Shown: one piece after another, positions 1-13,100 of the stretch
Numbering within the stretch: the stretch's first letter is position 1
How the letters are laid out: every line of letters starts with the position of its first letter
Assembly (NCBI GenBank): GCA_021613535.1
Contig: CP075497.1
Location: 6,634,001 to 6,698,000, forward strand
DNA length: 64,000 nt
DNA from: Adineta vaga
Lineage: Eukaryota; Animalia; Rotifera
Direction of reading: 5' to 3'
Program-made: the position numbers and the translations under genes
The notes under the pieces: model-generated
Seen by the model: the letters and a program-made list of their open reading frames with translations, nothing else
Database searches by the model: none
Told to the model about the DNA's origin: nothing

Positions 1-2013
1 CACCAGAAATGAAAGATATGGAAAGAATGAGAAATTCAAAGTGTACATTTATGATCGCGGTAGGTATTCTTATATGAGAAAGTAGTGTTGATTTTATTAT
101 TGAATAGCCATTCAAATGTGATCAACTTCGGCCCAATTGTGAACCAGATCCACTGCTTATAGGGAATGGTTATCATGATATATGGGATGACAGTCATGTG
201 CATATGCCATGCTCACCAAAATACACTGATGTGAGTTTTGAATGAATTCTTTCTAATTGTGTTGATTATCGAACAATTATTAAATAGAAATATAAGAAAT
301 CTACGTGGACTTATATTTGTCGTCAATTGCATCGACTTCAAGATATATGCAACATCAGTGGTGCTATCTTTGAGGATTTGCAAGTAAAAGTTTCATTTTT
401 GTAATTCAACTAGACAGAATATTTTATTAGATAACAATTGAGAAGTGCGTTGGACGTCGCTTTAATATGGAGAGTCTTCAAATACTTATTGAACAGGTGA
501 TTGTTCTCTCTAAAAAGTCATATTTAATATAGAATTCACAGTAGGTTTACACAGCTGATGAACGAATGTATTTTATGTCGGTCGTTCTGTCCAATATCTG
601 CAACCTAGCACTGAATGTTGACAAAATTTTTGGTGAAGTAGGTCTTGTTCTTTTGTGTTCTGAAACTTTCGAGATTATTATGTTTTAGCCACCACCTCTA
701 TTACGAATTAAATCCGATGCTTCAGTGACGATGTCACAAAAGCAAGCAGCATCGTTATTAGCTTGTGCATTTTTCTGTTTATTTCCATTGCGTTCTGACG
801 ATACAAAACCTAGTGAATATGAATACTTTCAAAATCCAAACTTCAATACGTAAAACTAAAAGTGTTTTCTCTCCTAATTCTTGATCATATGTCATATATT
901 TTTTATAAGATTATACAAGAGAGGACCGCGACAAAAGGTAGAAAAACTCAAATGTATTTTACATTATTTTCATCGCATAACTGAAAAAAGTAATGATCTT
1001 AGTTTTATGATTTTCTCTATCTCTCTACTTTAATTCAGTGCCAAATGGTGTGATTAGTATTCGACGTTATGTATTACCGGAGAATTTGTACCCAAATTGG
1101 TCTCGTTCACCAGCAAAGCTTTCTCGAATCTTGTCATAAGTGATAAAAAAATTGAAGATATCAATAGTGTTTTACAAGTGGACTTTGCAAACGAATATAT
1201 TGTAAGTCTTGATCGAATGATTTCGTTCTCATACATGTAATCATAATAGGGTGGCGGTGTCTTAAGAAATGGTTGTGTTCAAGAAGAGATTCGATTTAGT
1301 ATTTGTCCAGAAATGCTTGTTAGTTTACTTCTTTGCGAGAGAATGGAAAAAAATGAATGCATATTCTTAATTGGATGTGAACGGTTTTCCTCATACAAAG
1401 GTTATGGAGATCACTTTGAATTCAATGGCGATTTTAGAGATAAAACACTTAGGTAACACAATTCTCTCTGAATTTCAAGATCGTGTTTACGTGTTACGTA
1501 TTTTTCAGAGATAATTGGGGTCGAAAATGGTGTCCTTTAGTTGCCATGGATGCAATCTTTTTTCATGAGTCAGATAAACAATATGATATACATAATGTAA
1601 ATCGTGAATTAATTAAAGCTTATGCGAGCTTTCGTCCACGAAAAACAGGCACAGGAAATAATGAGCGATATGGTATTGCCACTGGAAACTGGGGTTGCGG
1701 TGTATTCAATGGTGATCGACAATTGAAAGGTAACATATAGTTGAGTACAAAATCAAATTTTGGGATCAATTACTTTTGACTTTTAGCTATCATTCAATTA
1801 ATGGCAGCTTCAGAAGCTGGACGACCTCTAATCTATGCTGCTTTTCGTGATAAACGTATATCGAAATCTTTTTCTGATGTTTACAATTATTTATTACAGC
1901 AACAAGCAACAGTAGGCGATTTATATCAATATCTTCAAGAATACCCTCATCGAGCTAACCGAAAGTCATTATTTGACTACATTCTTCACACACCGATTTC
2001 ACAGAACTTATAA
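1..2013 (+). CDS. PARG: Poly(ADP-ribose) glycohydrolase, multi-exon, 5' end outside window
   Basis: Spliced translation gives IWDDSHVHMPCS, ASLLACAFFCLFP, EKLKCILHYF, VDFANEYI|GGGVLRNGCVQEEIRF (GGG-x6-QEE catalytic signature from 1250), YKGYG and ATGNWGCGVFNGD. Introns are ~50-60 nt GT-AG; stop at 2011-2013. Confidence 0.95.
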
Positions 2014-2089
2014 CTTATATTTGTAGAAAATTATTTTTATCCTATAATAATGAATTCATTCTTTATTCTTGAAAAAAAAATCAACATCA

Positions 2090-5000
2090 TTAAAGCACAT
2101 GAATTTCTCGACACATAGCATTATTCTTTTGTGTAAATGTATAATCATGACCAAGAAAATGACGTGTACGATTTCCAAACCATCGAAATGCTTTCGTTCG
2201 TTTTAATGAATAAAAATTCTCCACATTATCACTAAGAAAAAAGTTCGTCATCTATTTCAATTGAGTAATCAATTTTACTTACTAAATTTCTGTCGGTTGA
2301 ACAGTCATTTGCATACACACTTTAATTGGCGTATCAGCATAATCAACATCAGTTGTATAATCGACGACAGCATTTGTACTTATTGTTACATTAATACCCG
2401 TAACAACAAAATCATTCAAAACATCAACATGACTACGGACACTAAGTCCCGAACTAAAAAAATAACAAAATCAAATCCTACGATTTTCATAAGTCTTTCT
2501 TTTTACTGACCTAACACGAATAACTGAATGTGAATTTTTATTCCATAAACTAACAGCTGCCATACCAGATAAATCTAATGAAGCAGCACTTTGAGCTTCA
2601 TAATGAACTACCAAACCATTATGAAGATGAATGTAACGTGATAGATCATGTACCATAATATTGCTCTAGATCAAATAAGTATCATTTAAAAGAAAAACCG
2701 AAGAATGTTTTATAATGATCGTTTACCTTAAATGCTGATGTAAGTTCTGATGGTGCACTCCATACAGCAGACATCAATCCGGTAACTCCATTGAATAGTA
2801 CCACAGGTCTTAATTGCATATTCAATAATGTTACTCGTAGATCTGCTTGAAGATTTTCATCTGGTGTATCACTTGCTTTTCCATCGTCACTTACATAAGA
2901 TTCAAGTCCTGATGCACTAACACCAAACTATAATAAATAAATCATGAGCTTTATTCTTTGCGAATTTGTATTTTCTTTTTCTACTTACGGATAAAAGATT
3001 AAATTTATCTTTCTTCTCATACTGTTGAATATGAAAATCAAAATCACTTTCACGTAATGCTCCTAGACGACTCATTAATTGTGAAATGGTATAATAAACA
3101 CCAAAACCAAATGTTTGTAAAAATGGCCGACGATAATAATCCGATTGACCTTTATAAGCAATTTGATCATATGTTAATTCAATTAAACCACCATCATAGA
3201 TATATTTTATTTTACGACTAAAACAAACAAAAAAAATAAAGAAGAAGAAATAAAGAAGAAGAAAATTTACAATAATAATTCATCATTTTCAGCCATTGTT
3301 GAAATTAAACGCCACATATAAACACCTAATTGATGATTGGTTTTATCAAGTGCTGAAAGCTAAAAAAGAAACTATGAATTTGTTTTGAATATCATTGATT
3401 ATATTGTCTTACCATTAGATTAACTAAATCGCCAAGAGAAATATCCGTTCGAAGTAATAATTGTCCACAAAGTTGACGAATTTGTAAATTCGTTTTCGGT
3501 CTTCCTTTTTGTTCATGATAAATTGAACGAAGAATAGTAATCATTTCACTTGAAAATCGTTCAGGTTCATATTGTGTCAATGCATTCAATGCTAACCAAC
3601 ATAAATTCGTATCATTACAACGACGAATTTCATCGATAAGAATCGATTCATACATTTCAAGTTTAGCATTATATAATGAAAGATAAACTAATGATTTTTT
3701 CTTTGTATTACCAAGAAGTGTCGTATACTTTTCTATCGACTAAAATTAGAATTGAAATTCTCACCGAACATATTTCATTGAATGGTTAGCAAACTAATAC
3801 GTACCGATGATTTTTTATTCAAATCATATAATCGATGAACGATTGCACCTAATGCTAAATAAGTACTTTGTTCGAGTTGATTATCAATAGTGGCAAATTT
3901 CGGTAATCGTTCCTAAAGAATGACTTTGAAATATCTATGTTCAAATGAAACAGATTTTACATACTAAAACTTTTTCGAGTAAGAAATCGGATGGTCTTGG
4001 TGCAAAGGTAGTTGTAATTAGAAAGATTTCAATCAAGTCAAATTTATTCTTTGAATTCATTGCATTATCCAAATATTTCAAAACGGCATTTAATGAAGCT
4101 GGTGTTTGTGCAGATACAAATGCTTCAATAATTGTAGATCTAAAACAAAACAAAACAAAAATAATTGCCTTCCTATTCTCTAAATTAAATAATATATTAA
4201 CATTTACCGAATAGAATTCGATGCTTTATCAAGTATTTTACTTAATGTAACTTCACTTTGTCGTCGTGTTAATGCAATTAAATGTAAAAATGTATTACTT
4301 GCATGTCGATCACCAACAACGGATCGTGTTAATTGTTTTTGATGATCTTGAATGAAGACATCAAACTGAATAGAGAGAAGCTAGGAAAATCAACTCCCAA
4401 AAAAAATCATCAATATGTTCTCTGTACCTTTTCACAATATTCATCACATGGATGAATTTGTTTTTCCGTTTCCAATGGATGATATTGTTCAGATGTAATA
4501 CCTAAGAAAATCAAATTCGTTTTTTTTTCGATAGAAATTTCTAGGAAAAATATTTACTGAGAATAGATTTTAATGCTGCATCTATACTTGAAAATAATTG
4601 ATGCTTATCGTTATCGAGTTTTTCAATAAGATCAACACTTAATCTAACAAATAAACGATATAATTGTAGAATGCAGAGAGAAAAGTGAAAATTTACCTTG
4701 ACATGATACGAAATCCAGCTACTTCAGGAATAATTAATCTTGGAAAAGCCATATCCGAACAGGAACCTGTTTTAAGTGTTGAATTATCAAATGTATAAAC
4801 ACATGTTGATTGAAAATCAATTGAATAATTCAAAGCCTAAACAATCAAATCAATCTTCTTCAACATTATCTTTCTATTCTACCTGTTTTGTACTACTATA
4901 TTCATCATTATATTTTACATTTGAACAGTCGATTTTATCTTTTACAAGACGATCTTCATAAATTCGATACTCTGTTTTACATTTTCCTAATGTATCAATT

Positions 5001-5604
5001 TCAGATGCATTATCTTGTTTATATTGAAATAAAGACATAATTCCTTTTTTTAAATTAATCGCTGCTAAATTATCATTTTCATTAAAATAAGACGAAGACA
5101 CGATTCCTTGTTCCCAAAGAAATGTCGCAGGATAACGTGTAAGTGTACTTAATGCTAAACAATCGATCATACTGTGAGAATTAGTTCTATTAAGAAATCG
5201 AGCATCTTTTAACTAAATAGAAAGAGAAAAAACAAACATTACGAACAGTTGTTTAATAAGAAAATTTACCTCGATTTTCAATAAATGTTGTTCTCCATTT
5301 GCACTTCGCCAAACACTACTGACGTTCAATCGAGCATACAAATGAAAGGCAGCATCAGAATTACGATGAATATGACTTTCTTCAGGACCTGCCCAGATTT
5401 TATGATCTATATGAATATCCGTAGCATAATGATAAATGTAATCAACATTAGTTTGAAATCCATATGATCGATCAATTGTTCCATTTGTCTTTTCTATATA
5501 TCAAATAAAAAATTTCATTTTAAATTTAATAAATTAGCTCATATACCTGTCGTTGAGGAACAAACAAATGAAAATAACAAACAAAATAGGATGATAAACA
5601 TCAT
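2090..5604 (-). CDS. MTTP: Microsomal triglyceride transfer protein large subunit (LLTP/vitellogenin-N family), multi-exon
   Basis: Signal peptide MMFIILFCLLFSFVCSSTT from ATG 5604. Motifs NLKKGIMSLFQ, EIDTLGKCKTEY, AQTPASL, LRPVVLF, RYIHLHNG, SLDLSGMAAVSLW and C-terminal GHDYTFTQKNNAMC. Stop at 2090-2092. Confidence 0.88.
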
Positions 5605-6319
5605 CTTAGCAGTAGTGAACTATAGAGAGTGATCAAGAGAATAACAGAGGAAACAAATTTCTGTTCGCTGTTCTTTTCCTTTCTCTCTTGTGTATATTAC
5701 ACATATATAGAGAGATATAAATGAGTAGAACGCGCATGTATTTATGATGGTCCTAGTTGATATTCGGTGGATGTCAGCGGTGGCGATAGTACATATATCA
5801 ACCAATGTCTGCAAGCCAGCGATCATAAGTTATAACGGGCAATCGAAGGAGAGAAAAAAAAGGAGAAAGAGAAAAACAGAACAGGATGAGTTATTCTATA
5901 ACGAAGAAATAAAAGAAGATTTGGGAAAGAAAAGCAAGAATGACCCGAACATATGTAAGAGAAGAATTTATCAAGATAAACGTACTCTTGAAGAATAGAT
6001 TCAATAGTTCGTTGATAGGAAAAAAAATTCAATGTAAACAAATTCTTTGATTGTTAAATTGAAGTGAATGAATGATGATATATGTGTGAAAATTAAGATA
6101 TGTTTTTTCTATAACTATTGAGTTAAGAATAGTTCGCTTTTTTGTATTTTAAAAATTTCATTATCTACAGCATATTCACTGCCTTTATTCAATAAAGCAA
6201 TGGCGAATCTATATTTAGATAGTTATAGAAGAAGAAGAAGAAACTTCTTATTTGAGAAGACTTAATTCATATTCTAAGACATAGAGGTACAGTAGCTTAA
6301 CCACATCATAGATAAACAT

Positions 6320-6329
6320 GCCACGTCAT
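6320..6329 (-). promoter_or_regulatory. Candidate UPRE/XBP1-ATF6-type site (ATGACGTGGC) between divergent MTTP and claudin-like gene
   Basis: GCCACGTCAT on + reads ATGACGTGGC on -, containing the TGACGTGG consensus about 720 nt upstream of the MTTP ATG. Confidence 0.3.
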
Positions 6330-6893
6330 TCTTCTTTCTTTTTCTCTGTATTACAGACAACTCGGTGTTGAAATGTAGATATTTATTGCATTTTCTATTC
6401 GTACAAATAAATGAAAAATATTTCACCATCTTTATCGATTAAACCTATACAAAAAAATCATCCAATAGTAGATATTCTGTCGAAAAACTAATTTATGTTT
6501 AATATAGTAATTGTGTCTCAAAGTGAGAATATGCCAACAGATGATTTATTGTGTTGATAATCTAAAGTAAAACCTCACATGTACAGTATTGAAAAATTGA
6601 CATGAAATTCTTTTTCTTTTCTTAAAGGTAATTTTACGAAGGACAATATCTTTTACGATAGTAGAATACAACTAGTATATATATATATACAATGAAGCAA
6701 TCTGAATACTAAAACTTTTTGTTAGAGAAAAGATGTTTTATGACATAATGGTATGATATGGTAGTGAGTCAAATCATAAACGATTGAAGGTGGTTGTCGC
6801 TTTCATTGACTGCATTGTCTTGTATTTGAAAAAAAAAGTTTTTACAGGCATCCATATTAATCAATTCATTCGCAACGAATATATCCATTACAA

Positions 6894-7430
6894 ATGCAAA
6901 TACCGCATAAATCAGTTATACTCGGCGTTGTTCTTGGTGTTATTCCAATTGCGTTAGGTGTCGTAGCACTTGCCACTCCTCAATGGTTCAAAACTACATC
7001 AAGTACGGCACCCACGTTTGGATTGTTCAATATAAATAATACTTATATGCATACAGATACGAAAGGGTGTTACAATACTCCAAAAGAACAAACAGTTAAA
7101 GGTTTGGAAATAGGTGGTGTTGGTGCTATATTTGTCGGTGTTATACTTTCGTTTCTATTGCATATGCTGATTAAAAACCGATGGATTCGTTTTATACCAC
7201 AGATTCTACTGATTCTTGGACCCAGTGCTATTCTTATTGGTCTTATTTTGTTATTAGAATGCGCAAAATGGCCGGGTTTAGGATATAGTTTCATAATAAT
7301 GAGTGTTGCTTGTATTACGGGCTATATCTTAGCTATATATTTTGCATTGGTTACTGCTCTTGGTGCTGGTCATCATCATCATAGTCGTACTTCTTCAACT
7401 GTTATTGTTCGAGAATCAGTACGATTTTAA
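6894..7430 (+). CDS. Claudin/PMP22-like tetraspan protein, tandem paralogue 1 (intronless)
   Basis: 178-aa ORF with four hydrophobic segments. ALATPQW..FGLF, GLEIGG and GYS motifs are shared with the two neighbours. Confidence 0.75.
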   Translation: MQIPHKSVILGVVLGVIPIALGVVALATPQWFKTTSSTAPTFGLFNINNTYMHTDTKGCYNTPKEQTVKGLEIGGVGAIFVGVILSFLLHMLIKNRWIRFIPQILLILGPSAILIGLILLLECAKWPGLGYSFIIMSVACITGYILAIYFALVTALGAGHHHHSRTSSTVIVRESVRF

Positions 7431-7956
7431 TTCTCGCAATGAACTTCTACTTTATAATCGATTCTGTTTTTTATTCTGTAGTGTTTTTTTTCATAAAAGA
7501 ATTTTTAACAAAATATCAATAGATCAACATTAAATTCGTCAATATTTGTCTTCGACATACAATTCTGTAACAACATCAGGATGATTAGATGCAACAAAAA
7601 TAATTTTCTTTCGAAGTTTCATTGGAAAAAATAGCACAGACAAAAGTTCTCTTGAATCAGTTATATTATTTATTTTCATCTAGGAACCAACAGAAAACAC
7701 TTTCGTTCAGTCGACGTTTTCTCCTCAATGAACTTACAAGATTTATCGAGACTAAATAGGATAAAATCCCTATATAAAGTCACGTATGTCAATTTAATTT
7801 ATCTAACTCGAGAACTATTTTTATGTGCTTGATAATTTTTTCATCTGTTCATTTGTTATGTTAAAACTGACAAGTATAATATATTGCTCATATATATGAG
7901 ATCTTTTTTTTTATTATTTTTGGCACACAATTCAATTGTAGATTTATGTTAAGAGA

Positions 7957-8484
7957 ATGCATTATTATCAAAAATTTGCGATTATAGGTTTTATTCTTGG
8001 TTTAATTGCAATTATTTTGGGTATTGCTGGTTTGACAACATCAGCATGGATTAGCGTAACTTATGATTCATCATATTTAATTGCATATGATCTTTTTCAT
8101 GAATATAAGAATGGAACAATTGAACAAATTGATGATCAATCTTTTCGCATATCTCAATGTTTAGAAATTACTGGTTATACTGTATTAGTCATTGGTATTG
8201 TTCTCGGTGTCTTTTGCACGGGATTTATTGATAAACGTTCTATTCATTTTATTGCTCCAATTATCATCATTATTGGTACACTTTTAATCTTAATTGGAAT
8301 CATTTTTTATATTAAAAGTATCGTAGAAATGGATCATAAATATCCGATTGAAAGAATGAACTTTTGTTATAGTATAATATTGATGATGACGACAAGTATT
8401 ATTGGATGTATCTTAACAGTTTATTTTTCATTTACTTCTGGTTATATTCATCGACACATACTTTCTACTGTCAATATTTATTAA
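7957..8484 (+). CDS. Claudin/PMP22-like tetraspan protein, tandem paralogue 2 (intronless)
   Basis: 175-aa ORF, four TMs; GLTTSAW..YDLF, CLEITG, CYS; ends STVNIY. Confidence 0.75.
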   Translation: MHYYQKFAIIGFILGLIAIILGIAGLTTSAWISVTYDSSYLIAYDLFHEYKNGTIEQIDDQSFRISQCLEITGYTVLVIGIVLGVFCTGFIDKRSIHFIAPIIIIIGTLLILIGIIFYIKSIVEMDHKYPIERMNFCYSIILMMTTSIIGCILTVYFSFTSGYIHRHILSTVNIY

Positions 8485-8848
8485 AAATACTTTGAACAGA
8501 TGAGAACTATTGAAGTAGACAATGATTTTAAATCATGAATTTCTATTGTAATCCATGTTCGAACAAAGAAAAACTAAAATCTTCAAATAGATTATAAATC
8601 TTTGTCAATAAAATTGAATTTCTACCTCTGAATTATTTATAATTAGAATTTATATACCGAATACAAGTAATAAATTTTATTCTAATGTCTAAAGTGTTTT
8701 ATTTATTACGAAGAGAGAAATGTATTTATAATGGTCGGTAAAAGTTATCCGTTTTAAAGAAAAGTGCAATTGTTTATAGCATTAGTTGAAACGTGAAAAC
8801 AAAGTAAAATAAGAAGCATTTCTATTCATTCATTTAATTCAGCTACGA

Positions 8849-9388
8849 ATGGATAATCAGAAATTGATAGTTGTGCTCACTGCTGTTATTGGTCTTATTC
8901 CAATTGTTTTCGGTATTATTGGCCTTGCTACATCGAGTTGGATTAAAATAGCTCTAGCGGGACAAGAACCGAGTGTTATTTATAGTCTTTTTCAACAATG
9001 TATTACTGAAGACAATTCTATCGCTACTTGTATTGATATTAGTCCTTCATTCAAAACGATTCAAGGTTTAGAAATTGCTGGTGTTGTCATCATAGGCGTA
9101 GGTGTTATCATTGCTGTTGTTTTAAAAATACTATTCCCAAAAAAATTAATTCAATTGATAACACCCTTATTACCAATGGTCGGCTCTATTCTTATACTCG
9201 TTGGTTCTCTTCTTTATGCTAAATATGTTATTGAACATTTTTCTACGTTTGGTCTTGAAATAGGCGTTGGTTATAGTATGATTTTAATTATTATTGCCTG
9301 TATTTTTGGTTTTTTTGCAACCGTCTATTTATCCTTCAGTGCAGGTTATGCCTATGGTATCAAACGTTCAACTGTCAATTTTATTTAA
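8849..9388 (+). CDS. Claudin/PMP22-like tetraspan protein, tandem paralogue 3 (intronless)
   Basis: 179-aa ORF, four TMs; GLATSSW..YSLFQQC-x9-C matches the W-GLW-C-C loop-1 pattern; GLEIAG, GYS; ends STVNFI. Confidence 0.8.
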   Translation: MDNQKLIVVLTAVIGLIPIVFGIIGLATSSWIKIALAGQEPSVIYSLFQQCITEDNSIATCIDISPSFKTIQGLEIAGVVIIGVGVIIAVVLKILFPKKLIQLITPLLPMVGSILILVGSLLYAKYVIEHFSTFGLEIGVGYSMILIIIACIFGFFATVYLSFSAGYAYGIKRSTVNFI

Positions 9389-9456
9389 TTCAGTATTTAT
9401 ATTCACATGAAAACTGATTTCATAACACAAATTCAATCAATAAGAACGTCCCTATA

Positions 9457-9702
9457 TCAACAACATTCTTCCATGATACACCAAATACAAAACCCTGCTA
9501 CACACCCATAGATTCTAAATGATTGATGTGAATAGTTTAGAAATAAAAGAAATACAAAAAGAATGATTACTTACAGATGAAAGTATGAACCACCTCCACC
9601 ACGAATGCCTGTTGGTGCTGGTCGAATACGAGATTGTTGAGATAATGATGAAACAAAGCTACTTGGTTGAGTCAGTATCACTCTTCTATCTTCTACATCC
9701 AT
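9457..9702 (-). CDS. CYSTM (cysteine-rich transmembrane module) tail-anchored microprotein, 61 aa, 2 coding exons
   Basis: Exons 9702-9575 and 9514-9457 are joined by a 60-nt GTAAGT...TTTAG intron. Product: MDVEDRRVILTQPSSFVSSLSQQSRIRPAPTGIRGGGGSYFHLIYGCVAGFCIWCIMEECC*. The C-terminus matches the CYSTM pattern GCxAxxCxxCxxDxC. Confidence 0.75.
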
Positions 9703-10100
9703 CGAGAGTTTCCTAAGAAGAAGAAGAAGCAGTAACAAGTGTCTTGTTTTGTTTTGCAGGAAAAGAAAAATTTTAGAGAACCATCATGCATATTATGACA
9801 AGCAATATTTCTTTAGTTGTTTTTAGTTATATTAATAGAAAACAAAAACGAATTATACCTTTTTTTTTAATGACAATTAAGAAAGAATATAGAAGTATTT
9901 TTCTAAAAAGAATCAACACAAATGACAAATGACAAATGAAGACTTTCCACAACGAATTAACGATGACAGAAACAACTATTGCGCTTTCTTCACGTGATAA
10001 AAAAGCAAAAAGAATTTTTGTTAAAAAAATATTCATAGATATAAGGATAATTCCGTGTATATGACTCGAAAAAGTACACTAGGACGATATTCATTGCGTT

Positions 10101-13100
10101 TTAATTAACATTCGTTGTAGTTGAAATACATGTATCATAACACGCACCAATATATACTTTTGCCATGTCAGAAATAAGTGATTTATCGGGAACTTTTTGA
10201 CTTGTACCATAAATCACAGCCTAAAGTAAAGTATATAAACTATCTATTAAGATGAATATAGAATAATTACGGTAGGTGTATCATTTTTGTTATCTGATCT
10301 TAGAATTTCTGCAACACATTCTCGTGTATCATCAAGAAGTTTTTTCACGAAACCGGGTTGTGTATGAATTTGTGTAACGGCTATATGTAAACTAAAATGA
10401 AATTTTTTGTATGAAGTAAAATTTTTCTGAAAAGAAGAATTTCTGAACTAACCCAGGTGGGTTTTGTAAACCATTCAAATGCCATCCTTTGGCAACCAAT
10501 GCATCAATTAAATAGTAGATATTAAATATATCCGAACCAATAGCAACAACACTTACATCCGGATGATGTAAAAGATGAAGACCATGAATTTTACTCCAAC
10601 TAAACATAAGAATCATAAAATAAATGTACATATTGAAACGAATTAATTCATCATACCCGGTAGCAATATCTCGTGCGACTTGAATAATCTTTCGAGTTTC
10701 TCGAACATAACCTTCACGTCCATAATACATGAGTGTAGCCCAACAACATGCGATTAAAAATCCTGAACGACTACCAGCAATTGATGGTGATGCATAAATA
10801 CCACCTGGCCAATCAGGAAGAGCATAGAATTGATGCGCACGAATTTCTGGTGTTCGATATAGAATAACTGATGCTCCTTTTGGTGTAAAACCATACTGAA
10901 ACATAATTTCAATGATATTATCTTTCGTTATAAATCATTTGAAGAAAATTCTACTTTATGTGTATCACAACTTATACTTGTCACACCCGGTACACGAAAA
11001 TCGAATGGTTTCAATGGAAAACCTGCTTCATCCATAAAAGCAACCAGAAAACCACCTAAACATCCATCAACATGAAATGGAATACCATATTCCAATGCAA
11101 TCTAAACAAATTTTTCAGAGATATATAGGTAATAATGATTATTAGTTTTACTTCAGATATTTCTTCAATTGGATCGATAGCACCATGTGGAAAATTTGGT
11201 GCTGAAGCAACAAGCTAAAAGAAGAAAATTTTCAAATACTTTTTTTCATGTGAAAATATGTTACCATGCAAGTATTTCTTGAAATTGCTCGACGCATTTT
11301 TTTAACATCAACTTCAAGCGTTTTTGGATCAACAGGTATTCGTGTCATTTTGATTTTAAAATAAGCAGCAGCCTAAAACAAATCATGATAGATACTCATA
11401 GTCATCAAAAAAAGACAAAGTTCAATATACTTTATTAAACGCTGGATGAGCTGTTTCAGGCATAATACTAAAAGAAAGATAAATATAAATCATCTGTTCA
11501 ATGTTTATTTATACGATCAAATATCAGTGTCATCTAATCTTACAATAGATGTGCAATTTAAGAATCAGACAAACTATATAATTATTTCTATTGCTTCAAT
11601 TTTCATGGCGAAATAATTGATATCTTTTTTCATTTAAACTTTTATGAATCTGAACAAATTTATTCGAGAAAAAAGAGAAAGGTGAAAAACTAGAAGAATT
11701 GTAATCAATATTGACTTTTCTGTAAGTATGCTCAATATTTTTTATCATGGAATCAATTGAAATCGACATTATTCAATTGAAGAAAAGAAGAAGAAGAAGA
11801 AGTATAAGTGTACTTTTTTTGATAAAAATAACCTTGACAACAAATGGAACCTATTTTATTTGATAAAATCAGTTCAGTATTACAAAATCTTCATTTACAT
11901 TTCTGACAATTCCTGATGAAATACATGTCCCTTGTGAAAGTTATTCTTTCGTATTGATCGAATTAATCAATAGTTCATCGTTTATGCTTTGACACTAGTT
12001 TTTTTTAGGTCTCTTCTTTACTTCGTTTACTAAAGTTGAAATAATCGTTCTTTTCTCCTGCTGCTGCGGCTTCTTTTTCTTCTTCTTTTTCTTGCTTAGA
12101 CTTTCGTGACCGGCAGACACAAATAATAGACACAAACATTTAACGACACATATACACATCTGATGTTGACAAAGCCCAATAGCCATTTATGTCCATACAC
12201 ACAAGTCTGATTGATTGAAGCAACATCTACACACGTAACCTCATTCATTTTTTTTCAAGGTATTCTTTTCTTTGCACTCTGCTTTATATGCTCTCGTTTT
12301 AGCAAGATGTGTGTATATATATATAAAGAAATGAAAGATTCAATAAAAAACAGAAAGAATAGATGTTAAATATTCTCTTATTGCTTCTTTCTTTTGAATA
12401 AGAGAGAAAGCAATAGAAGCCACTTCATTGCTGCCTGACTGCATAGCATTTTTGAGTGTCCGGTCGTTCTCACCAGGGAGTCGTCTTTCGTTAGTTGGAA
12501 TAACAAGGAAAAAGACGAGAGAATGAAGAGCGGTAAGTGGTGGGTGGAGAAATGGGTGCCTTTCTTTCTCTCTCTCTCTCTCTCTTCCTCTCTTTCAACT
12601 GCCTTTTTTTATTATAGAAACAAGTAGAAAAGAAAAACTAGCTTGATTATTTGTTAGAAAAACAATGTCTCTCAGCTTGTATATATCCTTTTTTCCTTCT
12701 CTTCCCCTTTTAGTCGTTCTACATTGATGTATCATTGATTAGTATAAATGCATCGTTGCCATAACCTGCTTCTCTTCTATAAATGTTATGAATTACTGTA
12801 AGCAATCATGCAGATATTTATATGTATGTATGTATGTATGTATATGTATACGCATAGTTAGAATAAAATAGAGATAAGATGGCAATATTGTCCATCGTCT
12901 TATTGATAGATATCTTATTTTAGCTACATCAAAACACAGGTGTTAGTCAGATGTGTGAAGAGTTGCTTTTGTCTGACAAAAATGACAGAACAAACGTTGC
13001 TCTCAATCATATGTGCGAAAGAATATTTAAGAGTTGTATCTCCATTAAAAGAAAAAGACCTATACATATGTATACATATTCAATACGGGGGAGTTTGAAC

